From the human T2T-CHM13v2.0 reference genome, Homo sapiens, in NCBI RefSeq assembly GCF_009914755.1, contig NC_060933.1: a stretch of DNA of 64,000 nt. One strand, written 5' to 3'. The position numbers and the translations under genes are program-made. Below the pieces are notes generated by a model. It was not told where the DNA came from, made no database searches, and was given only the letters and a program-made list of their open reading frames with translations. Positions 33,800 to 47,332 of this stretch are shown here, one piece after another (within the stretch, counting starts at the first letter, position 1; each line of letters starts with the position of its first letter).

Positions 33800-34900
33800 G
33801 AGTGGCTGCCAGGTGAGTTGAACAGTCTGATTTTCAGTGGGGTCCTACACAGATGGGACACGGCTTAGGAGGAATCCTGGGCTGCGGGCATTCCTTGTCC
33901 CGGTGGCCAGATGTCCGGCACTTGTAGCAAGCTTCTTGGGGAGGAGGTTCTGGAGGAACTCCTGGCTGCTGTGGTTCAGGTGTTTGGAAGTTCTTGTGTG
34001 CTGGTGATGTGGCTGGGATATGTCTCACAGTGGAGGCAAGGAATTGCAACTTTTTTCTATTATTGTACACCTTGAAGGCGAGGTTAATTAAGTCCTGTTG
34101 TGGGGTTTCAGGGCCGGAATTTAATTTTTGGAGCTTTATTTAAAGTCAGGAGCTGACTGGGTAATCAAATGTATATTGAGAATAAGATGGCCTTTTGACC
34201 TTTTAGGGTCTAGGGCTGTAAAGCGTCTCAGGGTTGCTGCCAAACGAGCCATGAACTGGGCTGGGTTTTTCATATTTGATGAAAAAGAGCCTAAAGGCTA
34301 ACTGATTTGGGAGAGGTCGGATAAAGAAAAAGGAGCATTAACCTTGACTATGCCTTTAGCTCCAGCCACTTTCCTAAGAGGAAATTGCTGGGCAGGTAGG
34401 GGAGGGCTAGTCGCGGAACAAAACTGTAAGCCAGACTGGGTGTGAGGAGGGGAGATGATAGAAGGATTATAGGGTGGAGGAGCTGAGGCTGAGGAAGAAT
34501 TGGGACTTAGCTCGGCCTGGCGACAAGCAGCCTGGGGAGGAGGGGAAAGGTCAGATGGGTCTGTAGAAAAGGAAGACTGGAAAGACTCAGCGACGCTTGG
34601 GGTTGGGACTGAGGGGACAGCCAGGAGGGAAAGAAGGAGGATTGGGGAGGAATCACATTGGGAACAGAGACTAGGGAGGGAACAACGTGTAGAAGAATGC
34701 CTGGACGTCAGGCACCTCAGACCATTTGCCTATTTTACAACAAGAATTATCTAGATCTTGTAGGATGGAAAAATCGAAAGTGCCGTTTTCTGTCTATTTG
34801 GAACCACTGTTGAGTTTGTATTGGGGTCAAGCGGCATTGTAGAAGAAAATAAGTTGTTTAGGTTTTAGGTCAAGTGTGAGTTGAAGAGGTTTTAAGTTCT
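33800..34900 (-). pseudogene. HERV-H gag remnant
   Basis: CCHC knuckle CYKCRTSGHRDKEC and a second, stop-broken knuckle CPICVGPH. Confidence 0.85.
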
Positions 34901-35045
34901 TGAGAACACAGGCTAAGGGAGAAGAAGGAGGAATGGAGGGTGGAAGGTTGCCCATAGTGAAGGAAGCAAGCCCAGAGAACAGAGTAGAGACACGGAGGGA
35001 AGGGGTTTGGGGGTTCTTACCTTCCAGAAAAGCAGGAAAGGGGTC

Positions 35046-35278
35046 GGGGCATGGAGATATAAGGGGTTGGGGTGCAGAGATAAGAGGTCAGGGCACAGAA
35101 ATAAGGGATCAGGGCGCAGAGATAAGAGGTTGGGGCATGGAAATAAGGGATGGGGTGCAGAGATAAGAAGTCAGGGCATGGAAATAAGGGATTGGGGTGC
35201 AAAGATAAGAGGTCAGGGCATGGAATTAAGGGATCGGGGCACAGAGATAAGAGGTTGGGGCATGGAAATAAGGGATCA
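35046..35278. repeat. Tandem array in the HERV-H leader: 11 alternating units of about 21 bp (5.5 x 42-bp dimers)
   Basis: GGGGCATGGAAATAAGGGATC alternating with GGGGCGCAGAGATAAGAGGTT, with variants. Confidence 0.92.
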
Positions 35279-35863
35279 GGGGGTTCTTGCCCCCTAGAAA
35301 AGTGGTACTTGCCACTAAGGGTGAAGGAGAAGGGGTTGGGGGGTTCTTGCCCCCCTGAAAAAGCAGAGAAGGGGTAGAGACACAGAGAGAAGGAGTTGGG
35401 AGGTTCTTGCCCCCCAGAAAAGCAGTACTTGCTGCTAAGGGTGAAGGACCAAGGCAGGCGTCCCCGTGTGGTCAGACACCTCTGAAACGTGGGTGAGTAA
35501 TCAGGCAGTCGTCCCCACGTGATTAAACACCAAGGGAAGACTGTCTTCCCTAGTCTGTGACCAGCGCCGGAGTTTTGGGTCCACGGATAAAACGCGTCTC
35601 CTGTCTCTACCAGAAAAGGAAAGGAACTGAACTTAAGAGAAGGGAGAGATTGAAGGGTGGTACCAAGATTGAAAGGAGAAAGTGGTTGAGGGATAGTGAG
35701 AGAGGTTGGAGAAGAGATTAAGAAGAGGCGGCTTACCTGATTTAAAATTGGTGAGATGTTCCTTGGGCTGGTGGGTCTGAGGACCCGAGGTCGTAGGTGG
35801 ATCTTTTTCACGGAGCAAAGAGCAGGAGGACAGGGGATTGATCTCCCAAGGGAGGTCCCCCCG

Positions 35864-35881
35864 ATCCGAGTCACAGCACCA
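35864..35881 (-). other. tRNA-His primer binding site
   Basis: TGGTGCTGTGACTCGGAT just after the 5' LTR; one C>T versus canonical TGGTGCCGTGACTCGGAT. Confidence 0.93.
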
Positions 35882-35883
35882 AA

Positions 35884-36292
35884 TTTCATGCGCATCTGTG
35901 TAAAGAGACCAACAAGCAGGCTTTGTGTGAGCAGCAAGGCTGTTTATTTCACCTGGGTGCAGGCGGGCTGAGTCTGAAAAGAGAGTCAGTGAAGGAAGAT
36001 GGGGTGGGGCCGTTTTGTAAGATTTGGGTAGGTAAAGGAAAATTACAGTCAAAGGGGGGTTGTTCTCTGGCAGGAGTGGGGGTCACAAGGTGCTCAGTAG
36101 GGGAGCTTTTGAGCCAGGATGAGCCAGGAGAAGGAATTTCACAAGATAATGTCATCAGTTAAGGCAAGAACAGGCCATTTTCATTTCTTTTGTGGTGGAA
36201 TGTCATCAGTTAAGGCAGGAACCAGCCATCTGGATGTGTACGTGCAGGTCACAGGAGATATGATGGCTTAGCTTGGGCTCAGAGGCCTGACA
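35884..36292 (-). promoter_or_regulatory. 5' LTR (LTR7), potential promoter antisense to INVS
   Basis: 409 bp; 12 substitutions and 2 indels versus the 3' LTR by hand count; TATA reads TACAAAA (36017). Confidence 0.95.
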
Positions 36293-37671
36293 CTTTGTGT
36301 CTGGCTTTTTTTCACTTAGGATAATGTTTTTGAGGTTCATCCAAGCTGTCACATGTATCAGTACTTCATTCATTTTTATGGTTGAATAATATTTTCTTTT
36401 ATAAAACCAGTGACACTATATTTAATTATTAAATTTTTTAAATGAGTCTAGAGTTTAAAAGACAGTTTGTTAGGTGAAATTAAGTGATTTAGAAAGGAAA
36501 GAGAAAATAACAGAGGTAGTATATTAGAATAAGCTTCTAGTTGACAATATATAGCTAACATATGGATGAATAATATTTTCTGTTGTGTGTATATACCGCA
36601 ATTTATTTATTCCTTCATCCAAGTGCTGTTTCCACTATTGTGAATAGTGCTTCCGTCAACGTAGGTGTACATATACTTGTTTGAGTACCTGTTTTCAATT
36701 CCTTCATTTGATTGTCCTTCATCAACTTATGGTACTGTATTCTTTTAGTCACTGGAGTTTAAAAACTGCATGGCATGTAGTAGGTGCTAAATATATGTTG
36801 GTTGAATGGATTTATTAAATTAATGTGTTGAATTGTTATCATTCTCTTCTTTCCCCTTTACCTCTTCTGTCTAATCACATGTTAATTCAATTATAGACTT
36901 AACTCTGCCACAAACTGTATAACATTGGGCAAAACACAACTATATGCTTAGTTTTATATGCTTAGTCTTCTGTAGACCTCTATAGGCCCTCTACATACTC
37001 AGTCTTCTGTAAAATGACTTTCTTGAACCACAAACATAAAGTCAAAGACAACCTGGGAAATACATCTTCACTTACAACAGAGGGCAAATATGAATTGCTC
37101 CTTGGAATTGGTAAGCAACCTAGAGAAAAATCAGCAGTCAGTTTACATTAAAAGAAATTCAAATGACCCTCAAGCATATGAAAATATGTTCAAATATACG
37201 TATAAAAGTCATGCAGATTAAAACTGTGCTAAAATATTTTTTCTCACCTATTGCCTCATTGTGTTGGTGAGGCTGTGGATAAATAAGTTTTTTCATACTC
37301 TGCTCCTGGGATAGTTATCTAAATTGCAAATGCATATACCCTTTGACCAGGCAATTCCATTTCTGGTAATTTATCCTAAAAATAAGCCTGCACAAGTGAA
37401 AAATGATATATATAGAAGGTTTTTTATGGCAGCAATATTTACAAAAACAAGGTTGGAAGCAACCCAAATGCCCATCAAAAGGAATCTGGTTTAAAAAATA
37501 TGGTACATTTATACAATGGAAAACTAGGGAACTGTGAAAAGAATGACGATGGTGTCTATTAAAATGAAAATACCTTCAAGATGTATTGTTAAGTGAATAA
37601 GAGATGGGTTAAAAATAAGAGTATGTAAAATTAAGACTATAAATTGCTAAGAAAATTTAAAAAATAAACAA

Positions 37672-37952
37672 GGCCAGGTGTCATGGCTTACACCTGTAAT
37701 CCCAGTAATTTGGGAGGCCAAAACAGGGGGATTGCTTGAAGCCAGAAGTTTGAGACCAGTCTGGGCAACAAAGCAAGACCCTGTCTCTACAAAAAAAAAA
37801 AAAAAAAAAAATTTAGCCGGCCATGGCAACGTGCACCTGTAATCCCAGCTTCTCAGGAGGTTAAGTCCAGGAGTTTGAGGCTGTAGTGAGCTATGATTGT
37901 GCCACTACCCTCTAGCCTGGACAACAGAGTGAGACCGTGTCTCTAAAAAAAA
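37672..37952 (+). mobile_element. Alu (J-type) within an old sense L1ME (about 37000-38150)
   Basis: Sense Alu with long central A-run. Confidence 0.9.
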
Positions 37953-40717
37953 CAGAAATAAAAAACCAAAAAGGTTAAGAATATAAAAACTTTCTAAAGA
38001 CATATAAGAAACTAATAAAATAATTTATCCAGAGTGAGGGTAGAGGAAGGAATGATGCAGACTAGAGCAGAAGTAGGAGAAAGCTTTTATTATGTACCTC
38101 TTTATATTATTTTTTGAACCATCTGAATGCATTTTATGCAAAAATTTTAAGGTAAAAGTAAATTATTTTAAAAATGATGGCAGCAAAAAGGTTAATAGAA
38201 ATAGACATGTTTGAGCAAGACTGGGAAATGGCAGAAAATTCCAAGGGAAAGAGATAGACATAAGGTAACTTCAAGTTTACAAAGGATATAATGCCATAGG
38301 CAACAAGCACCAGACAAATTACTCTAGTGCAAAGAAAAGTAATTAAACTGTGCAGCAACATTTAAACAGCTGAAGCATAAGTAAAATATTAGCACAGGAG
38401 AAGAGGCAGTAGAAGAATTAGATTTTATGTTTAACACATTAAAATGAAAAGATTTTAATTAAAGCTGTTATTTAAAGCTACAAAAACATTTTAAATGAAG
38501 AATATATATTGTAAATCACATCCATTCTTTATATATTCTCGACCTCTACTTCAGTCTTTCTATAAAACCAACACATGTACATTCCATCCATGTCAAGAAA
38601 AGTCATTTTTTATCTTAGTGACTTACATGGTGCAACATATGTATGAAAACAACTTTAGATCTGGGATTTGACTGTGTTATGTAAATGAACTAATATTGTT
38701 AAAGTGACAGTAGAACTCCCATAATCTTGTCTGAAGGTAACAGACTGCCATGTATCAAATATTGTCATTGTTTTTCTTCAACTCTTTTTGTTATATAGGT
38801 AAGACATGTTCACTGTAGCAAAAAAAAAAAAAATGGGTTTTGTGCCATTACTCATACCTTTTGCTTTAGTTAGTTAAACATTTTCAGTGGATACTACTAG
38901 GCATCTCTGTGGCTGTATCCACTCATTAGTCCATTTTAAAACAATTTAATAAGTGCCCATTCTACCACAAGCTATGTAGCGAATGGGTATCTGAAGAGTA
39001 AGCAAGTAGTGATAGTTTATGAGTTTTTGACTGTTGGTATGCTTCCAAAAGAAGGCACCAAAAGACATTTGTGATGCCCACATTACTTAGAAATGTAGGG
39101 AAATCTTAGTATTTGAAACTCTTATGTCCTAGAATCTTAAGAAACCTCTGGATTGAGATGGTGATGTTAGGCAGCTCTTGCAGTTGACTTCAATGCTAGC
39201 TAGGCTACTTTCTCCAAGCAGTGAGAAAGTCCTAAAGAGTCTTGCTTCATTTTATTCCAACTTCTGGAGTTTTTAAACCAGCATTGTTTGTGTTCTTCCA
39301 TATGTAGAAACTATCTCTAAACCTATCCTCTCATTTTCCAGTTTAGAAGGTGCTTTCAGATATTTAGGATCTTATTAGTTACTTTCAAATTAGTATTCCA
39401 ATCAAAACGAGTTGAAATAAAAACCTGTCTGTCCTTTAACACTTTGATTATAGTTTATGTACTTCTATTTACATGGGTAAAATGTATAGTCACTAGGAAT
39501 AACATGTCAACACATCTTGATTGAAATCGCCACTTTGAATTTTTCTATCATGTTTCTAGTATGAAAAAAAACTTCATTTAGCTTCATAGTAGCTTCATAG
39601 CAGTTGGAATAGTTGTATATTATGTGTTTTCTGTATACATAAACTGAACTATAATTTGAAAAAGTTCTTCAAGGTCACCTTGTCACTTGCAGAGTGACAA
39701 ATTATCCTGATTTGCTGATTCTCATCTTAGTGTTCCTGATACTGCTGCACTGGGAGAAAATTTACATACTTTCCTAAAGCTTACTTTCTCAGACTTCTTG
39801 TTCTTCTGGCCTTGAGTAATTCCCAGATCCAGTTTTCCTGTCAAACCTCCAAAGAAGTACTGAAGGGTTTCTTTCTCATAGGTCAGATTCAGGATTTGAA
39901 CCCAAAGCTTCTTTCTTTAAATACACTGTTTTTTCTTTATCATACCTCTCAAACATAGTAGAGCAGCCTTGAAGATTTTGTTTTAAAATCTACATGGCTG
40001 TGGAATTTTGTTTTAAATATGATTATGTTTCCTACAATCATCTTCATTTTCTAATCATCTTCATCTCTTCTCTGACTCCCATTTTTACCAAGTCATGAAA
40101 ATACAAGCATCTGCTTTCCATGAATAGATCAGAGATCTCACAAGCCTAGATTCCCATGGAAACCAATCAAAAACTAAAAGGAAAAGAAAGAGTATATATT
40201 GAATTTCGATGAAACCTACAGCTTGTTTTTCATTAGACTCATGCTGGTTTCTTTTAAACTCTGGGCACAGGGCCAGCAAATATTTTTATGGCTGGTAAAA
40301 AGGGACTTCAAATCCATTTACTTTCATTTAACCGTTTAAAAATTAATTTTGTATATAACATCAATTCTAAAGAAAATTTGAGCATTAATTTTCTAATTAC
40401 CTTATGTCATAGGGCCATTATTTGTTTATGTAATTTCCTCTTCTTGTTTTTTCTCCTACCCATAGTTTATGACTCATAAAAGGATGAGAGGGAATCAGGA
40501 TGATTATTATTCCTATAGTGTGAATATTGTCAACACTTGGGCACGACATTTTTCCTATGACCAATCATAGGACCAATAAAGGAGGTCTCTTTGTACCTCC
40601 TTTAGCTGTTAAGCTTTCACAAGGTGCAAATGATCATTTACAAATGTGACAACAGATGATAACTAAAATGCCAAAGTGAGGGGGATTAAGAGAACCAGAG
40701 AGGGGATGGCTGGGGAG

Positions 40718-40811
40718 GACAGGTTGTAATTTTAAATTAAGCAATCAAAATAGTATTCAGTGAGACAGGTTGTAATTTTAAATTAAGCAATCAAAATAGT
40801 ATTCAGTGAGA
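40718..40811. repeat. Perfect 46-bp tandem duplication
   Basis: gacaggttgtaattttaaattaagcaatcaaaatagtattcagtga twice, no mismatches. Confidence 0.95.
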
Positions 40812-40974
40812 TGGTGACATGTGAAGCAAGACTTAAAGGAGGTGAGAACTTTAGCCATGTGAACACCTGAGGGAAGAGCATTCATTCCAGGCAGAAGAAA
40901 CAGTCAGAACAAAGGCCTTCAGATGGGAGCATGCCTAGAATTTTTGCAAAATAACAAGAAAATTAGTATAAATT

Positions 40975-41260
40975 AGTCTTCATGCCTTTAATCCCAGCAC
41001 TTTGGGAGACCAAGGCGGGAGGGTCACTTGAGCCCAAGAGTTTGAGACCAGCCTGGTCAACATAGGGAGACTCCATCTCTACAAAAAAATTTTTAAAAAT
41101 TCGCCAGGCATGGTGGTGCATGCCTGTGGTCCTAGCCACTCAGGAGGCTGAGATGGGAGTATCACTTGAGTCCAGGAGGTTGAGGCTGCAGTAAGCCATA
41201 ATCACACCACTGCATTCCAGCCTGGACAACAGAGTGAGACCCTGTCTAAAAAAATAATAA
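40975..41260 (+). mobile_element. Alu (J-type) within an L2 fragment
   Basis: Sense Alu; flanks have L2-like text (tgtagggccttataggccattg). Confidence 0.88.
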
Positions 41261-42776
41261 TAAATATATATATACCTTATAATGAATGAGCAAAAGGAAA
41301 GCGCTAAGAGATGAAGAAAGAGAAAGAATGGTGGCCTGATCCTGTAGGGCCTTATAGGCCATTGTCAAGAATATGTTTTCACTCTGAATGAGATGAGGAG
41401 GGTTTGAGGAAAGACGTGACATGGTCTGACTTATGTATTTATAAAAGAATCATTCTGGCCAAGTGAAGACATTTTCCTCCAGTTTTAGTACTATCTATTC
41501 CTTCACCCATTCCTCATATAATATGCTTTCAAGTTTCCTTCTCATCCTGATCATTTTCACCAGATATGCACATATTTGTCTAAATTCCCTTGAAAATGTG
41601 ATACCTACAACAGAATACAATGCCAGTCTGATGAGCTCAGAGTGTTACATGACTATAACTGTTGACATTTTAGCAACAAAATACAGCTGATTCATATTTA
41701 AGATTTTTCAAATAAAAACTCTAAATCTGCTTTATACTTACAACTGCCTAAACTACGTCCTATATTAATATGGCCGTGGTTGTTGGACCCAAAGGCAGCA
41801 TCTTATTGTATCCATATTTTGAACTTTCCCAGACATACTTAGGTAAAATTGACCATTGTATCCTTTGTTCCTCCAGTACCTTGTGTACTCAACCACTGTT
41901 ATACCACCTTTTACACTGAAATATATTTATTTGTTTACATGTTTTATTTCTCCACAGATGATGAACATCTTAATATGTAAGAGTGTCTTAGTCATCTTAT
42001 TTCCAATATCTAGTAGTACTTAACGACACTCAATCAATGCTTGCTGAATTGAATTGGGTTCATCATGTAACCTACCCAGGTCCTCTTGATTCTTGAGTCG
42101 GCCATTCAGTATAGTTGTCATCTCTCCCACTTATGAGTCACCAAGATTCTCATCCTAATCTTTGATATTAAAATAGATACTGCTTATAGAAAACCTTAAT
42201 CATTGAAACACTAGTACTAAAATAAACTTCACTAATTTAAAAAGTTGTTTTATTCATTTATTATACTTGTCTAAATTATGTCGTCAGTATTAACTCAGCC
42301 TCTTGAAAAATTTTGTATAATCTATCAGAATCCACTTGCTCACCATTCCAATTCTGATGGGTATGTCATTCATTTATTCATTCATTCATTTGTTCAACAG
42401 ATAAATTTTTAGTATTTAATATGTATCAGGCATTACACTATATCTCAAAGTATTTTAAATTCAACCTTTGTCTAAATATGTGGTCTTTCAGATTTTATAA
42501 TAGTAAAATTAACATTTCACCAATATAACTACTCATTTTCAGGCAATTTATTAGACATATACTCATAGTTTATCTTAAACAATTACAGATTTCAGAAGAT
42601 ATGGTTTGGGTCCTTTTATTCAAGTCTTTCCTGTCACTTTGTCAGTCATCTCTTTTCAAGCCATTTTCTTTTAAGGAATTTGGGCTGAAATATTAGACTG
42701 TACTTTGAAGTAATGACTGTAAACTTCATGTATGTAACTTTGGTTATTTCAGTGTTGTACAGATTGTTAACTAATT

Positions 42777-42800
42777 GTGTGTGTGTGTGTGTGTGTGTGT
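42777..42800. repeat. (TG)n microsatellite
   Basis: Direct read. Confidence 0.95.
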
Positions 42801-43369
42801 ACAGGTGCACACAGGTGCATGCTTTAAATTGTTATTTAATTGGATTATAATGCTTACACATATTGTAAAATGTTAAACATACCAAGAAGGTTTGCAGTGA
42901 AGAATCTCGGTGTAAGGAAAACTTTCTATCTGCAAGTCAAAATATAGAAGTGATAGGAAAAAGACTAATAAATATGGCTACATAGTGATAAGAAAGACTT
43001 TTTCCTTCCAGAAAATGTGGCAAGCAAAGTTAAAAAAAAAAAAAGACAAATTGGAAACAATATTTGCAAATTATATCATTATCAAAGGTTTAATACTCCT
43101 CATATATAAGGTGGAGAAGAAAAAGACCAATGATCCTATAAAAATGAGTAAGAGTATATCTAGATAGTTCACAGAAAAGGAAATGGCCCTTCAATATATG
43201 AAAATATGCTCAATATTGTTCGTCATAAAAGAAATACAAATTAAAATCACAAAGAGATAACATGCTTCATGTCTCAGATTGGCAAAACTCCAAAAGTTTG
43301 ACAACATGTTCTGATGGCAAAACTGTAGGGAAATGAGCATTCACATATCCCTGAAGGAAATGGAAATGG

Positions 43370-43740
43370 TTTCCTTAGCCTGTTTTGTGTTGCAATAACA
43401 GAATACCACAGACTGGGTAATTTATAAGGAAGGAAATTTATTTCTCCCAATTCTGGAGACTGGGAAGTCCAATATCAAGTTATCAGCATCTGCTGAGGGA
43501 CTTCAAGCTGTGTCATTCCACAGTGGAAAGCAGAAGGACAAAAGAGGGCAAGAACAAGTGAGGGAAAAGGGGGACCAAACTCACTTATATCAGGAACCTA
43601 CTCCCATGAAAACAGCAGTAATCCATTCATAAGGGCAGAGCCCCAATGGCCTAATCACCTGTTAGGGATCCCACCTCGATACTGTCATAACGATGATTAA
43701 ATTTCAACATGAATTTTGGAGGGACATTCAAACCATAGCA
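43370..43740 (-). mobile_element. MaLR solo LTR (MST-type) inside an old L1ME
   Basis: ataacagaataccacagactgggtaatttataag...gggacattcaaaccatagca. Confidence 0.85.
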
Positions 43741-43929
43741 TTGGTATAACGCTTATGGAGGGAAACATAACAATATCCAGCAAAATTAACCAGAATATGC
43801 ATTTACCTTTGATCTGTCACTTCTGGGAATCTATTCTATACATATGTGGTAAAAACAAGAAATGTATACACAGGGTTATTTAATTGCAGCATTATTTGTA
43901 GTAGAGAAAGCTTGAAAGCAAATGCACTT

Positions 43930-44243
43930 TTTTTGTTGTTTTTGTTTTTGAGACAGGATCTCACTCTGTTACCCAGACTGGAGTGCAGTGGCACAATCAT
44001 GGCTCACTGCAATCTCGACATTTTTGGGCTTAGTGAATCATCCCACCTTAGGCTCCTGAGTAGCTGGGATTATAGGTGTGTGCCACCACAACCGACTAAT
44101 TTTTTTTTTTTTTTTTTTTTTTTTTTTGTAGAGATGGGTTTTCACCAAGTTGCCCACACTAGTCTCAAACTTGGGCTCAAGCCATCTGCCCTCTTCAGCC
44201 TCCCAAAGTGCTGGGATTACAGGTGTGTCCACCGTGCCCTGCC
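43930..44243 (-). mobile_element. Alu (J-type)
   Basis: TSD gcaaatg(c/t)actttt. Confidence 0.92.
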
Positions 44244-44688
44244 TGCAAATGTACTTTTAGAGAGCTGGCTACATAAAAAGAGTATATTCACACAATGGAA
44301 TGCTATGCATCTGTAAGAAGTAATGAGAAATGTTTTTATATAACATTATAAAATGATCTGGAATGAAAAAAGCAAGCGCAGAATATTGTGTATGATATTC
44401 TCTATTTTATATATAACTATGAAGTGACCTCCAGGTTTATTGTTAAGAGAAAAAAGTAAGGTGCTAAAGAGCATGTGTAACCTTTTTTCCAGGAAAGAGG
44501 AGAAAAATATTTTCTTATATTTTTAAAAGATAGAAGAGTAAATGAAAAATGAATGAAGACTCTTACCTAAAGGGAGAAGGAGATAATGTAGAGGACACAG
44601 GGATCGAAGCTAGTCTTATCTGAGTATATCTTGTTCTATAGTTTTGATTTTGGAACTTCGTAAATTATTTCCATAATTATAAAGTTTA

Positions 44689-45047
<359 letters not shown>

Positions 45048-45051
45048 TTAA

Positions 45052-45409
<358 letters not shown>

Positions 45410-46019
45410 TGACTTTAAAACATAGTAAATTTGACTCTGCAGTCCTGGTAGGAAACATCCTAAGGACAAAGACAGCTACAAAGAAATCCTAAAATGTGTT
45501 CAGTAAACATACTGTTAGTAATAATACTGTTACTGTTATCTTGACACAACACAAATAAGTGGATCACTATATAAAGGTAAGATGAAGCAAGTGAATATGT
45601 CAATTTCATTAGTAACCAAGATTTTCAATAAGAAGTATACAAATATAAACTATTGATATATGTGTCTGCTAAAAATTTATATTTCTGAATTTCATAGCAC
45701 TAGCTACTGAAAAAGCCTAGAAGTAATGACTAACCCCATGAAGGATCACCTCCATCACCCAGATTGTGTCTCTCAATACCACTAAAAGGAATCAGAACTC
45801 CTTAGAGAAGTGGCTGCTTAGAAATTGGGACAAGTAATATATGAAATGAGCCTGGCTCATCTGGTCATGCTGGATGGCAAGATATCTAACAAAGCCTACT
45901 GGAGTCATGTCAAAGGGCCACAGAAGCCGTGTTAAAGGAGCTTCCAAAGATGGACAATTTGAGTAGCAAAAATACAGTTGCTTCAATGGAAACAAACATG
46001 TTAAAACTCCATGAGTTAG

Positions 46020-46300
<281 letters not shown>

Positions 46301-46961
46301 TGTATTTAAAATACAGTTGTTTTTATGTGTTTCAGTTTAACTTCCCCTCCTTCCCATCCTTATTGATTTAACTTTTTCAAAAGTTGAAACTACATGAAAA
46401 GATAGGTTTACAAGTTTCAGTCACTTCCATGTCCTGTCTGTCTCATTTTCCCTGTCTTTTGAGGACAATCAACTATATTGATTTCTGGTTTACCCTTCAT
46501 ATGTTTCATATATGTATGTTTCCTTGTTGCCTCTTTTTCTTCTAATATATGCTCTTGTGCTTCAGATAGTATTAAGATTTTTAAACCAGATAAAAAAGGA
46601 AGAAAAAAGCAGTAAAAGTTTACATGTTCCTTGACTCTAGATTCTGTGACTAGAAATGGACCTTATAAACCACTCAAACTAATATATATGTATATATACA
46701 TATATATATATACACACACACACATATATATATAGGGATATTCATTCATCATTGTTTATAATGGCAAAATACAGGTAAATTATTCATTGTTAAATATAAT
46801 CTATTTTTCATACAGTGGAATACTTTTTAGCCACTTTAAAAAATTAATCTATATGTACTATCATGGAAAGATCTCCAGGGTATACTGTTAACTGAAAAAA
46901 AAGCTAGCTGCAGAAGAATATGTATAGTAGAAACCTGTTTTTATAAATAAATAATTTTTAA

Positions 46962-47332
<371 letters not shown>

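Larger units (their letters stand above)
29950..36292 (-). mobile_element. HERV-H provirus (common pol/env-deleted form), 6343 bp
   Basis: Two LTR7 copies, tRNA-His PBS, gag/pro/RT/RNaseH/IN remnants, 5-bp TSD ctttg at 29945-29949 and 36293-36297; inserted into an L1M 3' end that reads through across the site. Confidence 0.98.

Noticed and set aside
30360-34900. Replication-competent retrovirus or intact env
   Set aside because: gag and pol are fragmented by stops and deletions, the protease motif is degenerate, no YxDD is visible and only a short env remnant remains
35046-35278. CRISPR-like array
   Set aside because: Contiguous tandem units with no unique spacers, inside an ERV in primate DNA, with no cas genes
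34900-35377. Plus-strand repetitive ORFs (EIRGQG / RDKR repeats)
   Set aside because: Read-through of the 21-bp tandem array on the proviral antisense strand
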